A stretch of 64,000 bases of DNA from assembly GCA_965240325.2 (NCBI GenBank), contig OZ251224.1, forward strand, positions 1,674,001 to 1,738,000, written 5' to 3'. How positions within the stretch are numbered: the stretch's first letter is position 1; each line of letters opens with the position of its first letter. The notes beneath the pieces are model-generated. The model saw only the letters and a program-made list of their open reading frames with translations, did no database searches and was not told the origin of the DNA. Source of the stretch: Rebecca billardiae RCC1528. Lineage: Eukaryota; Protista; Haptophyta. A program made the translations under genes and the position numbers. Of the stretch, positions 1 through 11,634 are shown piece after piece.

Positions 1-521
1 CGCCCGAGCGCACGAGCCCGGCCGGCCGCACCGACCCCTCGGCCTCGAAGATGCTCGCCCAGCTGCTGCTTGAGATGGACACGTGCCGCGCGGGCTGGGC
101 GCACGCGCGCGTCGTCGTCGTGGGGACGACCAACATGCCGGACGCGCTCGATCCGAGCCTGCTGCAGCCCGGCCGTTTCGAGCACGTGCTGCTGGTGCCG
201 CCGCCGGATGAGCGTGGGCGGGAGGCCATCCTGCGCGGCCTGCTCGCGCGCACGCCGCTCGCTCCGCTCCCGCCCGCCGAGCACGCGCATGGCGCAGACG
301 ACGACCGCGCAGGCGCGCTCGCCGGCTGGCTCGCGGCGCGCACCGAGGGCCTCACGGGCGCCGATCTGACCAGCCTCGTGCGACAGGCGGTCCACCTGGG
401 GATCGAAGCGCGCGCGCGGTCCCTCGAGCGAGCGCATCTCGAGCGGGCGCTCGCGACGCACAGGCCGTCCGTGGATGCCGCGATGATGCGCGATCTCGAG
501 CGTTGGGCCGCGCAGCAGTGA
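1..521 (+). CDS. AAA+ ATPase (CDC48/AFG2-like), C-terminal part, 5'-truncated by the window edge
   Basis: Contains VVVVGTTNMPDALDPSLLQPGRFE (sensor-1/second region of homology) and TEGLTGADL (AAA lid). The frame is open to the window start. Confidence 0.85.
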   Translation, partial: PERTSPAGRTDPSASKMLAQLLLEMDTCRAGWAHARVVVVGTTNMPDALDPSLLQPGRFEHVLLVPPPDERGREAILRGLLARTPLAPLPPAEHAHGADDDRAGALAGWLAARTEGLTGADLTSLVRQAVHLGIEARARSLERAHLERALATHRPSVDAAMMRDLERWAAQQ

Positions 522-542
522 CAATAATTATTAATATAATAA

Positions 543-2275
543 TGACCGCGTTCCGCGGTCTTTTTCCGTAGAACGAACGTAGTTCGGGGCCCGCGGCGCA
601 CCCTCCGTCGGCTGCTGTCTCAGTCTGACATGTGTAACAGTTCGCCTGAGCTGCCACCGCCAACTCAGTCACTGCCGCCCACCGGGCCGGCGGGCCGAGG
701 ACTGTCGCCGCGGGTCCGCGGGCCGCCGCGGGGACTAGCGGCCGGCGCGCGCGCGCAGGCAGGGCGAGAGGCGCTGGCGCGGCGCGAGCCGGCGCGTGCG
801 CGCGAGCGGGCGCACCTGCTTGAGGTACTCGCCCTGCGCCATGCGCTCGACGACGGGCCGCTGGTCGCTCGTGCCGGCAGAGCGAGAGCGCGCGCCACTG
901 CTGGCCCCGGCCTGCCGGCTGCGCAGCCTCGCACCGAGACCGACCGAGCGGAGCTCGGGGCGGTGGAACGAGGCGAGCGGCGCGTCGCGCCTGCCGCCGC
1001 GCGTGCGCGCCTGCTCCACCGCGCCGCCGTGCTCGCCCGCCGCCTCCTCCGCCGCGTCGGCCTCGAAGACGGCGGCTGCCAGCGGCAGGCTGAGCCGCGC
1101 GCCGGCTCACTCACACTGTGAGTCACACCCGCGGTCGCCTCGACGGCCAACTATCCACAGCTGCTCGAGCTGCTGGAGGGCGCCGCGACGATGGCGGCGC
1201 GGGCGCCCAGCGCGTCCGTTGCCGCGTCGCTCAGCTCGTCGAGCTCGGCGCCGCACTTCGCCAGCTTGGCGCCTAGCGCCTCCGCGTGTCACGTGCTCGT
1301 GCACGTCAGCCTGCTGATACGCCGCCGCCCATCGGCACTCCTGGCATCTGCGCGCGCAGCTGCTGCAGCTCGACGGCGGAGTCGTCGCGGCTGGCGGCGA
1401 GGGTGCGCACCGCGTCGATTGCCGAGGCCTGCAGCCCGGTGATCGCCGCGTCGACGCGCGCGGCGATTTCCCCACGCAGCTCCTCGCGCCACGTGGCCGC
1501 CGCTCGCGTGGCAGGCAGCTGGGCACCGCTGCGCGACCCGGAACCGGCGCGCGTTTCACTGATGCTCCTGCTCGTCCTCACGCTGCTGCACCTCCGCGCC
1601 GCCGTCGACCGAGTTGAGGAGGAGCTCGCGCTCGGCGTCGAGGCGCGAGCTCGCGTGCTCGAGCTCGCCCTTCAGCCGCGCGAGCTCTGGGCGCATCCGG
1701 CTCATCAGCTCTGGCCGCGCCGCTCGCTCGCAGCGGCGCGCTCTGCTCCGGGCGGCGAGCGACGAGCTCGCGTGCTCCGGACTCGGCTCGCCCTTGCGCG
1801 CTGCTCCTCGAGTGACGAACGCGCCCGCGGGCAGGTTGTTGCCCGTCGCCCCCGCCGCGATCTCGCCGCCCCCGCCGCGATCTCGTCGCGCATGCTCCGT
1901 GGCCGTGCGCAGCGCGACGCAACTGGTGCGCGCGCTCCGTGTCTGGCGCGCGCCTAGTAGCGGCAGCGAGGCTTGTTTATTTACTATGGTCATGTGCTTA
2001 TTTACTATGGTCACAGTCTACCCACAATTACCCACCCTCGCACACTTGGACGTGGGTTTCGTTGATTCCTCTGAATACAAACAAGCCGGACGTGCCCATT
2101 TCTCGCTAATGGATGTCTCTTTGCGGTCTCAAAATTCGAAATTCGGTCTCCTCCAGCCCTGAAAATCGTCCCCCGGCCCCGTCCCTTTTTTCTTTGATCA
2201 AAGATCTTTTTGAAACGTGGTTAGTGCCCACGGAGCGGGCTCCACGCTGCGCGCTCCGCCCAGCACCGCGGGCCA
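543..2275 (-). mobile_element. Hairpin/asymmetric-IR element, copy E1 (Helitron2/Helentron-like, non-autonomous)
   Basis: Terminal hairpin GACCGCG-TTC-CGCGGTC at 544-560 and sub-terminal GGCCCGCGGCGCA at 588-600, which pairs with terminal GCACCGCGGGCCA at 2263-2275. Both ends recur in other copies and the junctions are A|TG...CA|T. Confidence 0.7.
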
Positions 2276-2494
2276 TTAATATATAATAATGTCTGCGCTG
2301 GCCGTGGTCGGCAGTGACGCCGCGTCAAGCACCGTTGAAGACTCGTCAAGTGATGATGATGCGAAGCTCTGCTACGGTAGTATTATTGTTTTAAGAGTAC
2401 TACTGATGCTAAGCTACTGCTGAGTACCTTTCTGCTAGGTGTCGTTCACGACGGGCCACTAATCGTTCACACGAGCGTCAAACACGATGACCGT

Positions 2495-3385
2495 TCATAC
2501 GCACGTGCTCACAGTGTCTTCTCGTAGCCACCACGCCTTGAACTCGTCGAACGAGATACCGCGATCGCCATCTACATCGATCGCAGCGAATGCGGCCACG
2601 AGCTCATTGCCCGTCAGCTCGGCGCCGAGCTCGAGTGCGACAGATGCCAGCTCGATCTCGTCGAGGTGGCCGCTGTTGTCGCGGTCGTGCCGGTCGAAGA
2701 CCTCGCGGATGATGGTCTCGTCGGTCACTCGAAAGGACGCCATCTTGCGCTGCGCCCTGGCGAGCTTGGCCGAGGCGGCGCGCGAGACGCAAAGCGACAT
2801 GCAGCCGACCGCCATGAGCCCAGCGCCGCATGCGAGCTCAACGAGCGTGCGCTGCGTGCACTGCATCGTGCCGAGGACGAGGTAGAAGAGCCCACGGCCC
2901 CACACGCGCGTGAGCACGCGCACCCAGTACTCCGCGCGTCGGTGGCACGGGAGGCATCCCACGGCGGACTCCAGCCCCATGCCGAGCGCCGCGCACGCCA
3001 CGCTGTACACGGACACAAGCAGACCCACCGGTGTACCCAGCAGGCTGAAAGAGATCGGGTTGAAGAGAAGGTTGACGATCTCCATGGCATTGAGCACGAG
3101 CGTGGCGGCGCAGACGAGGAAGGCCAGCACGCGCAGCGCGCGCGGCCCCTCCTTGAGCTGCGCGCGCGCCCCGCCCGCGAGCGAGCGCACCGCGCTCCTT
3201 GGGTCTGGCACTCCCACCGCGCTCATCGCTGCCGAGTGCATCGCGCCAAAGGTGCTGGCGGCGAAGGCGGATGGATCGGGTAGGACGGAGGCCGCGGACT
3301 TCTTGCTCGCGTCAGGCAGCAGCGTCGTGGACTTGGCATCGTCAGGCTCGCCCGCCCGCGCCGGCCGTGGAAAACACGCCCCCAT
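2495..3385 (-). CDS. COPI-associated (TVP15-like) membrane protein with two C-terminal EF-hands
   Basis: Hydrophobic helices with the LTRVWGRGLFY motif, EF loops DRDNSGHLDEIE and DVDGDRGISFDE, and an N-terminal MGAC possible acylation signal. Confidence 0.75.
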   Translation of the reverse strand: MGACFPRPARAGEPDDAKSTTLLPDASKKSAASVLPDPSAFAASTFGAMHSAAMSAVGVPDPRSAVRSLAGGARAQLKEGPRALRVLAFLVCAATLVLNAMEIVNLLFNPISFSLLGTPVGLLVSVYSVACAALGMGLESAVGCLPCHRRAEYWVRVLTRVWGRGLFYLVLGTMQCTQRTLVELACGAGLMAVGCMSLCVSRAASAKLARAQRKMASFRVTDETIIREVFDRHDRDNSGHLDEIELASVALELGAELTGNELVAAFAAIDVDGDRGISFDEFKAWWLREDTVSTCV

Positions 3386-3492
3386 GGCTTGCTCGCCGGG
3401 CGTCCGTCCGATGGCAAGGCCGCCCTTGGTACGGTGCGGTAGGCAACCCGGGCCGGCCGCGCGGAATCTCGTCGCTGCAACCTCAACCCGTT

Positions 3493-4618
3493 GTGCACCC
3501 AAGGGGAGTCAGGGTACAGCACGTCCAGTTGGGCTGCAGCTGGAGCTTGGGTCCAAAAGCTTCCCGCGGCGCAGCGGCACTCGCCGCCGCCGCCGCCGTC
3601 GAGGGGCGGTTGTGGCGCGCACGGCGTGAGCCGCTGCGGGCGCTGAGGTGCGCGCGACGGCGGCGCGCCCGGCGGCGCTGCTGTAGGAGGCCACTGCCCT
3701 CCTCTCTGCCCCGCGCGCTTCGCTCGTCGTCGCCGTCTCCGCGCCTGCGACTCAGCGCGCACGCGAGCGCGGCACCGCCCGGCCGCCGGGGCAATCTCAG
3801 CCGTGACTGCGCATGTGCGTCGCGACCTGGTCGGCCCAGCGCGCGAGGCGCGTGTGGGCGAGGTAGGGCCAGTATGGGCGCGCGCCATGCCGCCTCGACC
3901 TTGCGCCGGTGGGCATGTCGCGGGCCTTGCACCTCTGTCGACAACGTTGACAAACATGTGGCACCCAAGCGCAGACGTCAGTGTGCACGATCGAGGCAGT
4001 AGGCGTACAGACGCCATAGTTGCAGAGCCTTTTGTGATCGTTCGAAACATACATCGTCAGTGGCTCTCGTCCAGGTCGTCTGCGCGCGGAACTGACGTTT
4101 TGACTGAGTGCCTCGAAATCGCCTCGACGATGGCCCGTGCATTGCTTGAACACAGTCCAAGCGGCCAACCAGACACGCGTGCTCAGTCTCCTGATGTACG
4201 CTCTGATGGTTACTAGAGGCGGCATGGCGCGCGCCCATACTGGCCCTACCTCGCCCACACGCGCCTCGCGCGCTGGGCCGACCAGGTCGCGACGCACATG
4301 CGCAGTCACGGCTGAGATTGCCCCGGCGGCCGGGCGGTGCGGCGCTCGCGTGCGCGCTGAGTCGCAGGCGCGGAGACGGCGACGACGAGCGAAGCGCGCG
4401 GGGCAGAGAGGAGGGCAGAGGCCTCCTACAGCAGCGCCGCCGGGCGCGCCGCCGTCGCGCGCACCTCAGCGCCCGCAGTGGCTCACGCCGTGCGCGCCAC
4501 AACCGCCCCTCGACGGCGGCGGCGGCGGCGAGTGCCGCTGCGCCGCGGGAAGCTTTTGGACCCAAGCTCCAGCTGCAGCCCAACTGGACGTGCTGTACCC
4601 TGACTCCCCTTGGTGCAC
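3493..4618. repeat. Long inverted repeat: about 400-bp arms (3493-3896 and 4216-4618) with a 319-bp spacer
   Basis: The arms are near-identical reverse complements, which also produces mirrored ORF translations in the track. Confidence 0.95.
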
Positions 4619-4863
4619 CTTCGATCTGAAGTCTGACGAACTGCTTGTACAAAGTGAACAAGTACTACCGTACAGTATCTGTTCAGGTTGGCAATAATCT
4701 GAAATCACCCCTACCCGAGTACCCGGCGAGTCCAATCAGGCCTCATTGGATACCCTTGAGAAGCTGGGGAATCACGCAGAATCTCGCGTCTCCACGAGCA
4801 TCTCGTCATCAAACTAGGACCGGCGCCCGGCCGTCGTCGGGGCGCGCGCGAGTGCACGTCAGC

Positions 4864-6913
4864 ATGGTCTTCTGCTGCGACTCCGAAGGGCATGTCGACG
4901 ACAAGATGAGCTACTACATGACGAAGATGGTCCAGGTGCGCGACCGCCGGCTGGGCTACCTCTACACCATCCTGAAGCTCGTGACGATTGCGTACATGGC
5001 CTTCTCGGTGTTCTTAGTGAACAAGCAACACCTGGCATACGAGGCGGTGCACGGCTCGGTGCGGATGGATCTGCTCTCAGTCGAGGGGATCATCGGTCGC
5101 CTTGGCCCGTTTCCGTACTGCCCCGCAACACAGCCGACCTTCCAGAAGCAGGCGATGAAGGACGTCCCCACCCACGAGCTCGCGCACATCTTCCAGTCGT
5201 CACCGACCGCGATCACGGAGGAGGCGGGGGAGCTCCGTGCAGGGCATGAGCAAGGCCGCTCGCACCACGCGCACGGGCGGTCCCTGTGGACTGCTGAGGA
5301 CGCTCTGATGCCCTCGCCCACGCCAAAGCCGGATCCGGAGTCCAACCCAGTCGTCAACCCGGCTGCCGCCTACGACGACAACTCGGTGCTGTACGCAAAG
5401 GAGCTCGAGCGCATCCGCCGCTCGATCACGCCCGAGGAGCGGCGGATGATGGAGGCGAAGCACGCCGAGTCGGAGGTGCACGAGGCGCACGCCCTGCACA
5501 AGACGATGCACCACATCGAGTGCCTGTACATGGATAACCACGACCTCGTGTTCCCGCCGCACGAGGAGGGCGCCATCTTCGTCACCACGGCCATGCTCGA
5601 GCTCGAGCAGCAGCGCGCGTGCGCCGAGACGACGGAGGAGGGTGCGAGCGCCAAGGGGAAGAAGCAGAGCGCGCAGGTGAGCGCGGAGATGAGCGACGAG
5701 GAGAAGGAGCGGTGCGATGAGGGCTACTGGCACCCACACAAGTACCGCGATAACTATGCTGTCGGCGCCGAGTTCTTCAACATCAGCATCGGTGCGCGCG
5801 CGCGCCCGCGAGGTCGTGCGAGATCAGCTTGCCGTCCATGTGAATCGCCCGCGAGACGAGGCCAACTGGCCGCCGCGCGCCCATTTGGCCTCGTCGACAC
5901 TGCACCTCGCGCTGACTCCCGCGTCTCCGCCCCGCCTGCCCACCGCAGGGCACACGATCGACACCGCGTTTGCGACCAAGTCGGCGATTCACATGGACGG
6001 CAAGCTGATCTCGCACGACGGAACCGTCATGAAGGACATGCCCGCCGGCCGGCTGTACACGCTGCAGCTGACGGATCTGCTCGCCGCCGCGGGCACGAGC
6101 CTCGACGAGGCCGCCCCGAGCGAGCCGCCGCGCTTCAACTTCACGCGGCGCGACGTCGGCGTCGAGCTGGCGCTGATCATCGAGTACTCAAACACAAAGG
6201 GCTCGTTCATCTTCCCGCGGGCGACGCCCACGTACACCATCCGCGTGCGCGCCATGGATGGGCATGACTTTTACGTGGATGAAGTCGCGTATGCGCACTG
6301 GGACGAGGAGCGCATCGTGCGGCACCGCACCGGCCTCCGCATCAAGGCCTTCCAGAAGGGGCGGCTCGGCGAATTCCAGTGGCTCGCGATGTTCATGTCG
6401 TTCGCCGCGGCGGGCGCAATGATCTCTACGGCCAAGACGGTCGTCGACATGCTCGCACTGCACGTCCTCAAGGACAAGGAGCGCTATCGCTCGTACGTGT
6501 TCGAGAAGACCGAGCTGGGCGAGGTCGCGACCAAGCGTGACGAGCGCCACGACGTTTTGAAGAAGAAGGTGCTGGGCCGGATGATGCGCAAGCAGATCTC
6601 TCGCACGTCCGCGTCGAGCATGTCGGTGCCGTCGGCCCCAAACACCCCGTACCAGCAGCTGCTCGAGGAGGGCCAGGCGGGCGCCGTGAACAGCTGGCTT
6701 GCCAAGGTACCGGCCCTCACCAAGCGCAAATCGCTGCTGGAGAGTGAGGTGGTGCAGACCTGGGCGGCAACGACCATCCAGAGCGGCTGGCGCTCCATGA
6801 AGGAGCGGGCGATGGTGCGGGAGCAGAAGCGGCTTCGCCAAGAGCAGCGGCGGCAGCAGCAGCAGGCGGGCGGCGGCGGCTTCAAGATCAAGATGCCATG
6901 GGACAAGGACTGA
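4864..6913 (+). CDS. P2X receptor-like ion channel with C-terminal IQ motif; intron 5792-5948
   Basis: YYMTK (YxTxK-like) precedes TM1 (LGYLYTILKLVTIAYM). GLRIKAFQKGRLGEF precedes TM2, which carries the conserved D and is followed by Y..F. A GT-AG intron joins the two ORFs in frame. AATTIQSGWR is IQ-like. Confidence 0.8.
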
Positions 6914-7216
6914 TGTTGATTTTTATTGCCTGTCAGGCCGCCATGCCCTGCGCTCGCTCGACGGCGTTATCGAGCGGCGACCGAGAGCTGGATGCAGGGT
7001 GGTGACTGACATTATATTCAGCGCCGCCGATTAATTCCATCAGGCTGCGAGGCACACGGATGCTGAGCGGCCCTCGTCGTCAGAATGTGTATGATACATA
7101 CACAGCACAATGTCACTGAGTAATCGGGAGTCATGATGCAATGCAGGCCTAGCTTACTGTGGCAACAGAGCCAGACGATCGAAGCGCACGCCACCTTCGT
7201 CTCGGCTTTGTGCTGA

Positions 7217-8448
7217 CTAGTACCCATCGAAATCGTCGCCCTTGGACCTGCCGCCGCGTCGGCCCCCGCCACCAAAGTCGCCAGACGGAGAGTCACCACC
7301 GTCGAAGCTTTTGCGGCCCCCGTAGCCCCTGCCCCCGATCGGCCCCCGATCAAAGTCGTCACGATCCCGCCCACGCCCAGCGCCACGCCGACCATCCTGC
7401 CGCCCGCCATACCCGCCGCCGCCGCCTCCATACCTGCCGCCGCGACTCTCGAAGGAGCCGCGGCGATTCTGGAAGCTCCGACGGCCGCCGCCCCCGCCCC
7501 GGCCCCACGGCCGGCGTCCGCCATCGTCTTCCTGGGAGACCCCGGCCATCCGCCTCAGCTCGTCCGGCACGCGCTGCTCGTGCTCGGCGAGGAAGCGGAC
7601 GAGCTTCTTCGACAGCTTCGAGTCGTCCTGCGTGAAGAGGGTGACGGCCACGCCCTTCCGGCCCGCCCGACCCGTGCGGCCAATGCGGTGCACGTAGTCC
7701 TCGAGCGTGGGTGGGAAGTCGTAGTTGATCACCATGTCCATCCCCTTGATGTCCAGCCCGCGCGCAGCAACGTCGGTGGCGAGGAGCACGTCGAGCTCCT
7801 TGTCCTGCGGAGCGCGCGTGCGCGCGTGGGTGGGCGTGCGCAAGCGGCGGTGAGGGCGAGTTGGCGATGGGGCGCGCATGCAGGGGGCGGCCAGCACGCA
7901 GCCAGGCCGCCAGGCGGCGCCGCGCCGCGCCGCGCTTCGAAGCGGCGGTGCGCACCTTGAACATGCGGATCACGTTGTCGCGCCGCCGCTGCGTGAGGTC
8001 GCCGTGCAGCGCGGCGCAGCGCACGCGCTCCTCGCGCAGCATGTCCTCGAGGTGGTCGCACGTGCTCTTCTTGTTGGCGAAGACGATGCAGCTCGGCACC
8101 CTCGGCCGGTCACGGCGCACGCGCAGCTGGCGGAGCGGCTTGTCACCGTCGAGCGCGTCCGCGGCCGCTGCCTCGCCCTCAGCCTCCGAGTCCGAGTTCA
8201 CGCCCAGGTGGGTCATCAGCTCCTGCGACTTGACGCGCATGCCTCCGGGCACGACGTGCACCTGCTGCGTGATGTCGCGGTTCGCCGTGAGCTTGTCCGT
8301 GTCGCCGATCATCACGCGCACCGGCTTGTTCGTGAAGTCCGCGGCGAGCGTGCGCACCTCGTTGGGCCAGGTGGCGGAGAAGAGTAGAGTCTGCCGCTCG
8401 GCCGCGCTCTTCATGCTCTCGAGGATGCCGCGGATCTGCGGCTCGAAG

Positions 8449-8485
<37 letters not shown>

Positions 8486-9302
8486 GCAGCCGCGCCGAGT
8501 CGAGCAGGATCGTGCGGTCGTCCACGAAGTCCTGCAGCCGGCCGGGCGTCGAGACGAGCACGTCGAACTTGCGCGCGCGCTCGAGCCGCATGATGCGCAT
8601 CGACTGCCCGTTGCGCGACTCGCCGCCGTACGTGCACATGATGCCGAGGCCGTGCGCGTCGGTGAGCTTGGTCGCCTCCTGCACGATCTGCTGCGCCAGC
8701 TCGCGCGTCGGCGCGAGCACCACCGCGTACGGGCCCGCCTCGCGCGCCTTGTGCCACTCCGCCCGGTTGGCGACAATCTTGGAGACGGCCGTGAGCATGA
8801 AGCCGAGCGTCTTGCCAGAGCCGGTCTTCGAGATGCCGATGCAGTCGCGCCCGGCGAGCGTGATGGGCCACGACTGCGCCTGGATCACCGACGGCTCGGT
8901 GTACCCCAGCTTCTCGAAGAGCCGCTCCTGCTTGCGTGCGAACGGCGCAGAGATGTGCTCGAGGGCCGCGGTCACCTGCGCAAAGCTCGTGAGCGGCGTT
9001 GTCGGACAGTCGGTGGTGTCGCCAGAGATGTCGATCTGATGCTCCGCGCGGAACTTCTTGGCGGCGATGGCGTCCAGTCCGTCCGAAGCCGCCGGCGGCG
9101 CCGGCGATGCCGGCGCCTCTGCGCCACTCCCGCCGTCGGTCGGCGCATCCCGGTCTGCCCGCTCTCCGTCGTCATCCGGGATGGGTGCCCGCAGCTGGGC
9201 GGCCGCAGCGGAGGAGAAGAAGTGGGCACGAGCAATGGCGCGTGGCATGGGCGCCAGGCGCATCGCCGCCGCCGCTCGAGGCGCGAGTTGGAGGAGACGC
9301 AT
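7217..9302 (-). CDS. DEAD-box RNA helicase (DBP2/p68-like) with RGG tail, probably organelle-targeted; intron 7805-7955
   Basis: Q motif, KTGSGKT, PTRELA, TPGRL, DEAD, SAT, ARGLD and [10 protein letters not shown] are present. The N-terminus is Arg/Ala-rich like a transit peptide. Confidence 0.93.
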
Positions 9303-9627
9303 GGCGAGCGTCCTCCACGCACAGCGCGGGACCGACGACGTGGAGTGTCGCGGCCGCCAAGCGAAGCGCTCCAAAAGCATGAGAGCCGGACTCCCAGACC
9401 CCGGGCGGTAAAGCCAGCCGCCATCGTGCAGGCTCCGGACGCGCTTTGCAAGTCGCTCGTCAGCCGCCGCGCCGCTCTCGCCGTGAGCGCCAGCGGTGCG
9501 GGCGAGCGCGTCCCGCGTCCCGCGCTGCGCGTGCGCGCCATCCGGGCATGCGAGAAGCACTGCTCAACGTGCGCAGCGTGCTGACCCCGCCTGCCAACCC
9601 GCGCCGCCCGTGGCGCCCGCACAGGCC

Positions 9628-11166
9628 ATGGCGGACGGCGACGCGCGCGCTGCGGCGCTCAAAGAGTATCGGCAGAAGCTGCTGCAGCACAAGGAGGTGG
9701 AGGCGCGCGTTCGCTCGAGTGCGCGCGCGCGCGCGCGTGCGTCGCGCCACCCATCCACTCACGCCTCGCGCGCTCGCGCCTCGGCCGAGCGCTCGCGCCC
9801 AATCGGTGCCTTTGGCGCGCATCTCACCGCCGGTGCAATGTCGCGCAACGCCCGGCACGCGCAGTGCGCACGGAGGCGCGGCAGCTGAAGGCGGACTACG
9901 ACAAGACGGAGGACGACCTGAAGGCGCTGCAGAGCGTGGGCCAGATCATCGGCGAGGTGCTGCGACAGCTCGATGAGGAGAAGTTCATCGTCAAGGCGTC
10001 GAGCGGCCCACGGTACGTCGTGGGCTGCAGGTCGAAGGTCGACAAGGCGAAGCTGACCAAGGGCACGCGCGTCGCGCTCGACATGACGACACTGACGATC
10101 ATGCGCGCGCTGCCGCGCGAGGTGGACCCGGTGGTGTTCAACATGCTCAACGAGGACCCGGGCGACGTCTCGTACTCCTCCGTCGGCGGCCTCTCCGAGC
10201 AGATCCGCGAGCTGCGCGAGGTGATCGAGCTGCCGCTGGTCAACCCAGAGCTGTTCGAGCGCGTCGGGATCAAGGCGCCGAAGGGGGTGCTGCTGTACGG
10301 CCCGCCCGGCACGGGGAAGACGCTGCTCGCGCGCGCGATCGCGAACAACATCGACGCGAGCTTCCTCAAGGTCGTCTCCTCCGCCATCGTCGACAAGTAC
10401 ATCGGCGAGTCCGCGCGTCTGATCCGCGAGATGTTTGGGTACGCAAAGGACCACCAGCCGTGCATCATCTTCATGGACGAGATCGACGCGATCGGCGGGC
10501 GGCGGTTCTCGGAGGGCACGTCGGCGGACCGCGAGATCCAGCGCACGCTGATGGAGCTGCTCAACCAGCTCGACGGCTTCGACGCGCTCGGCAAGGTGAA
10601 GATGATCTGCGCGACCAACCGGCCGGACGTGCTCGACCCCGCGCTCATGCGGCCGGGCCGGCTCGACCGCAAGATCGAGATCCCGCTGCCCAACGAGGCG
10701 GGGCGCGTGGAGGTGCTCAAGATCCACGCCAACCCGATGACGAAGCACGGCGATATCGGTGCGCGCGCGCGCGCGCGTGCTCGCCGCGCGCTCCCCACGC
10801 GCTCGTGCGCGCGGCGCTCGCTCTCCGGCTGGGCTGACGCGCGCTGCGTGCCTCGGGCGTGCGCCGCAGACTACGAATCTGTGGTCAAGCTGGCGGACGG
10901 GTTCAACGCCGCGGACTTGCGGAATGTGTGCACGGAGGCGGGCATGTTCGCCATCCGCGCCGAACGCGACCATGTGATCGAGGAGGATTTCATGAAGGCC
11001 GTGCGCAAGGTGCGAGCGTGCCCTGCGCCCCTGCTACTGCCGCGCCCCCAGCATGCACGCCGCAAGCGCTCACGTCCGCGCGCCAACGCCACCGTACGCC
11101 GCCACACTCGCGCAGGTGGCGGAGAACAAGAAGCTGGAGGGCACGTTGAATTACTCGAAGGTATGA
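9628..11166 (+). CDS. RPT4: 26S proteasome regulatory AAA subunit RPT4/PSMC6; introns 9719-9864, 10759-10869, 11010-11115
   Basis: [52 protein letters not shown] and C-terminal [12 protein letters not shown]. All introns are GT-AG and preserve the frame. Confidence 0.96.
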
Positions 11167-11634
11167 GCCTCGGGGAGCTCAAGCCATGGATGAGCCAGCC
11201 GGGGGGCGGAGGGCGCAACTGCGAGTGCCGCTGCGGTGCGGACGTCACAGCTCGGGTGAGTCCGGCCAAGAGTCATTACTACGGCGACGTTCGTAACGTT
11301 ACCGGTCTCGTTACGATTCACTTGAGAGTGACGCCGTCGGCGGTCGGAGAGTCACGTCGGACAGGCTTCAGACTCGGAGGCGGCCGGATTAGACCTGCAC
11401 ATTGTCACTGATTGTCACTGATGTGCCACCAACAGTATGCGGTCGAGGGCGATCCCGGCGGCGGGAATCAGCAGGCTGAGTCGCCTTCACGGTTCACCGG
11501 GCGAATGACTAATACTGTGGCCGGACTCAGACTCACTGCAATCATACTTCTCGTCACTCGTGGATCGGATGCACACCAGACGAGTCCTCACCCAGTCTCA
11601 GTCCGGAGACGTTCTGAGATCCGGCCATCGCGTA

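Noticed and set aside
3493-4618. Pack-MULE interpretation of the long inverted repeat
   Set aside because: There is no 8-11 bp TSD at the outer boundaries and no other copy in the window.
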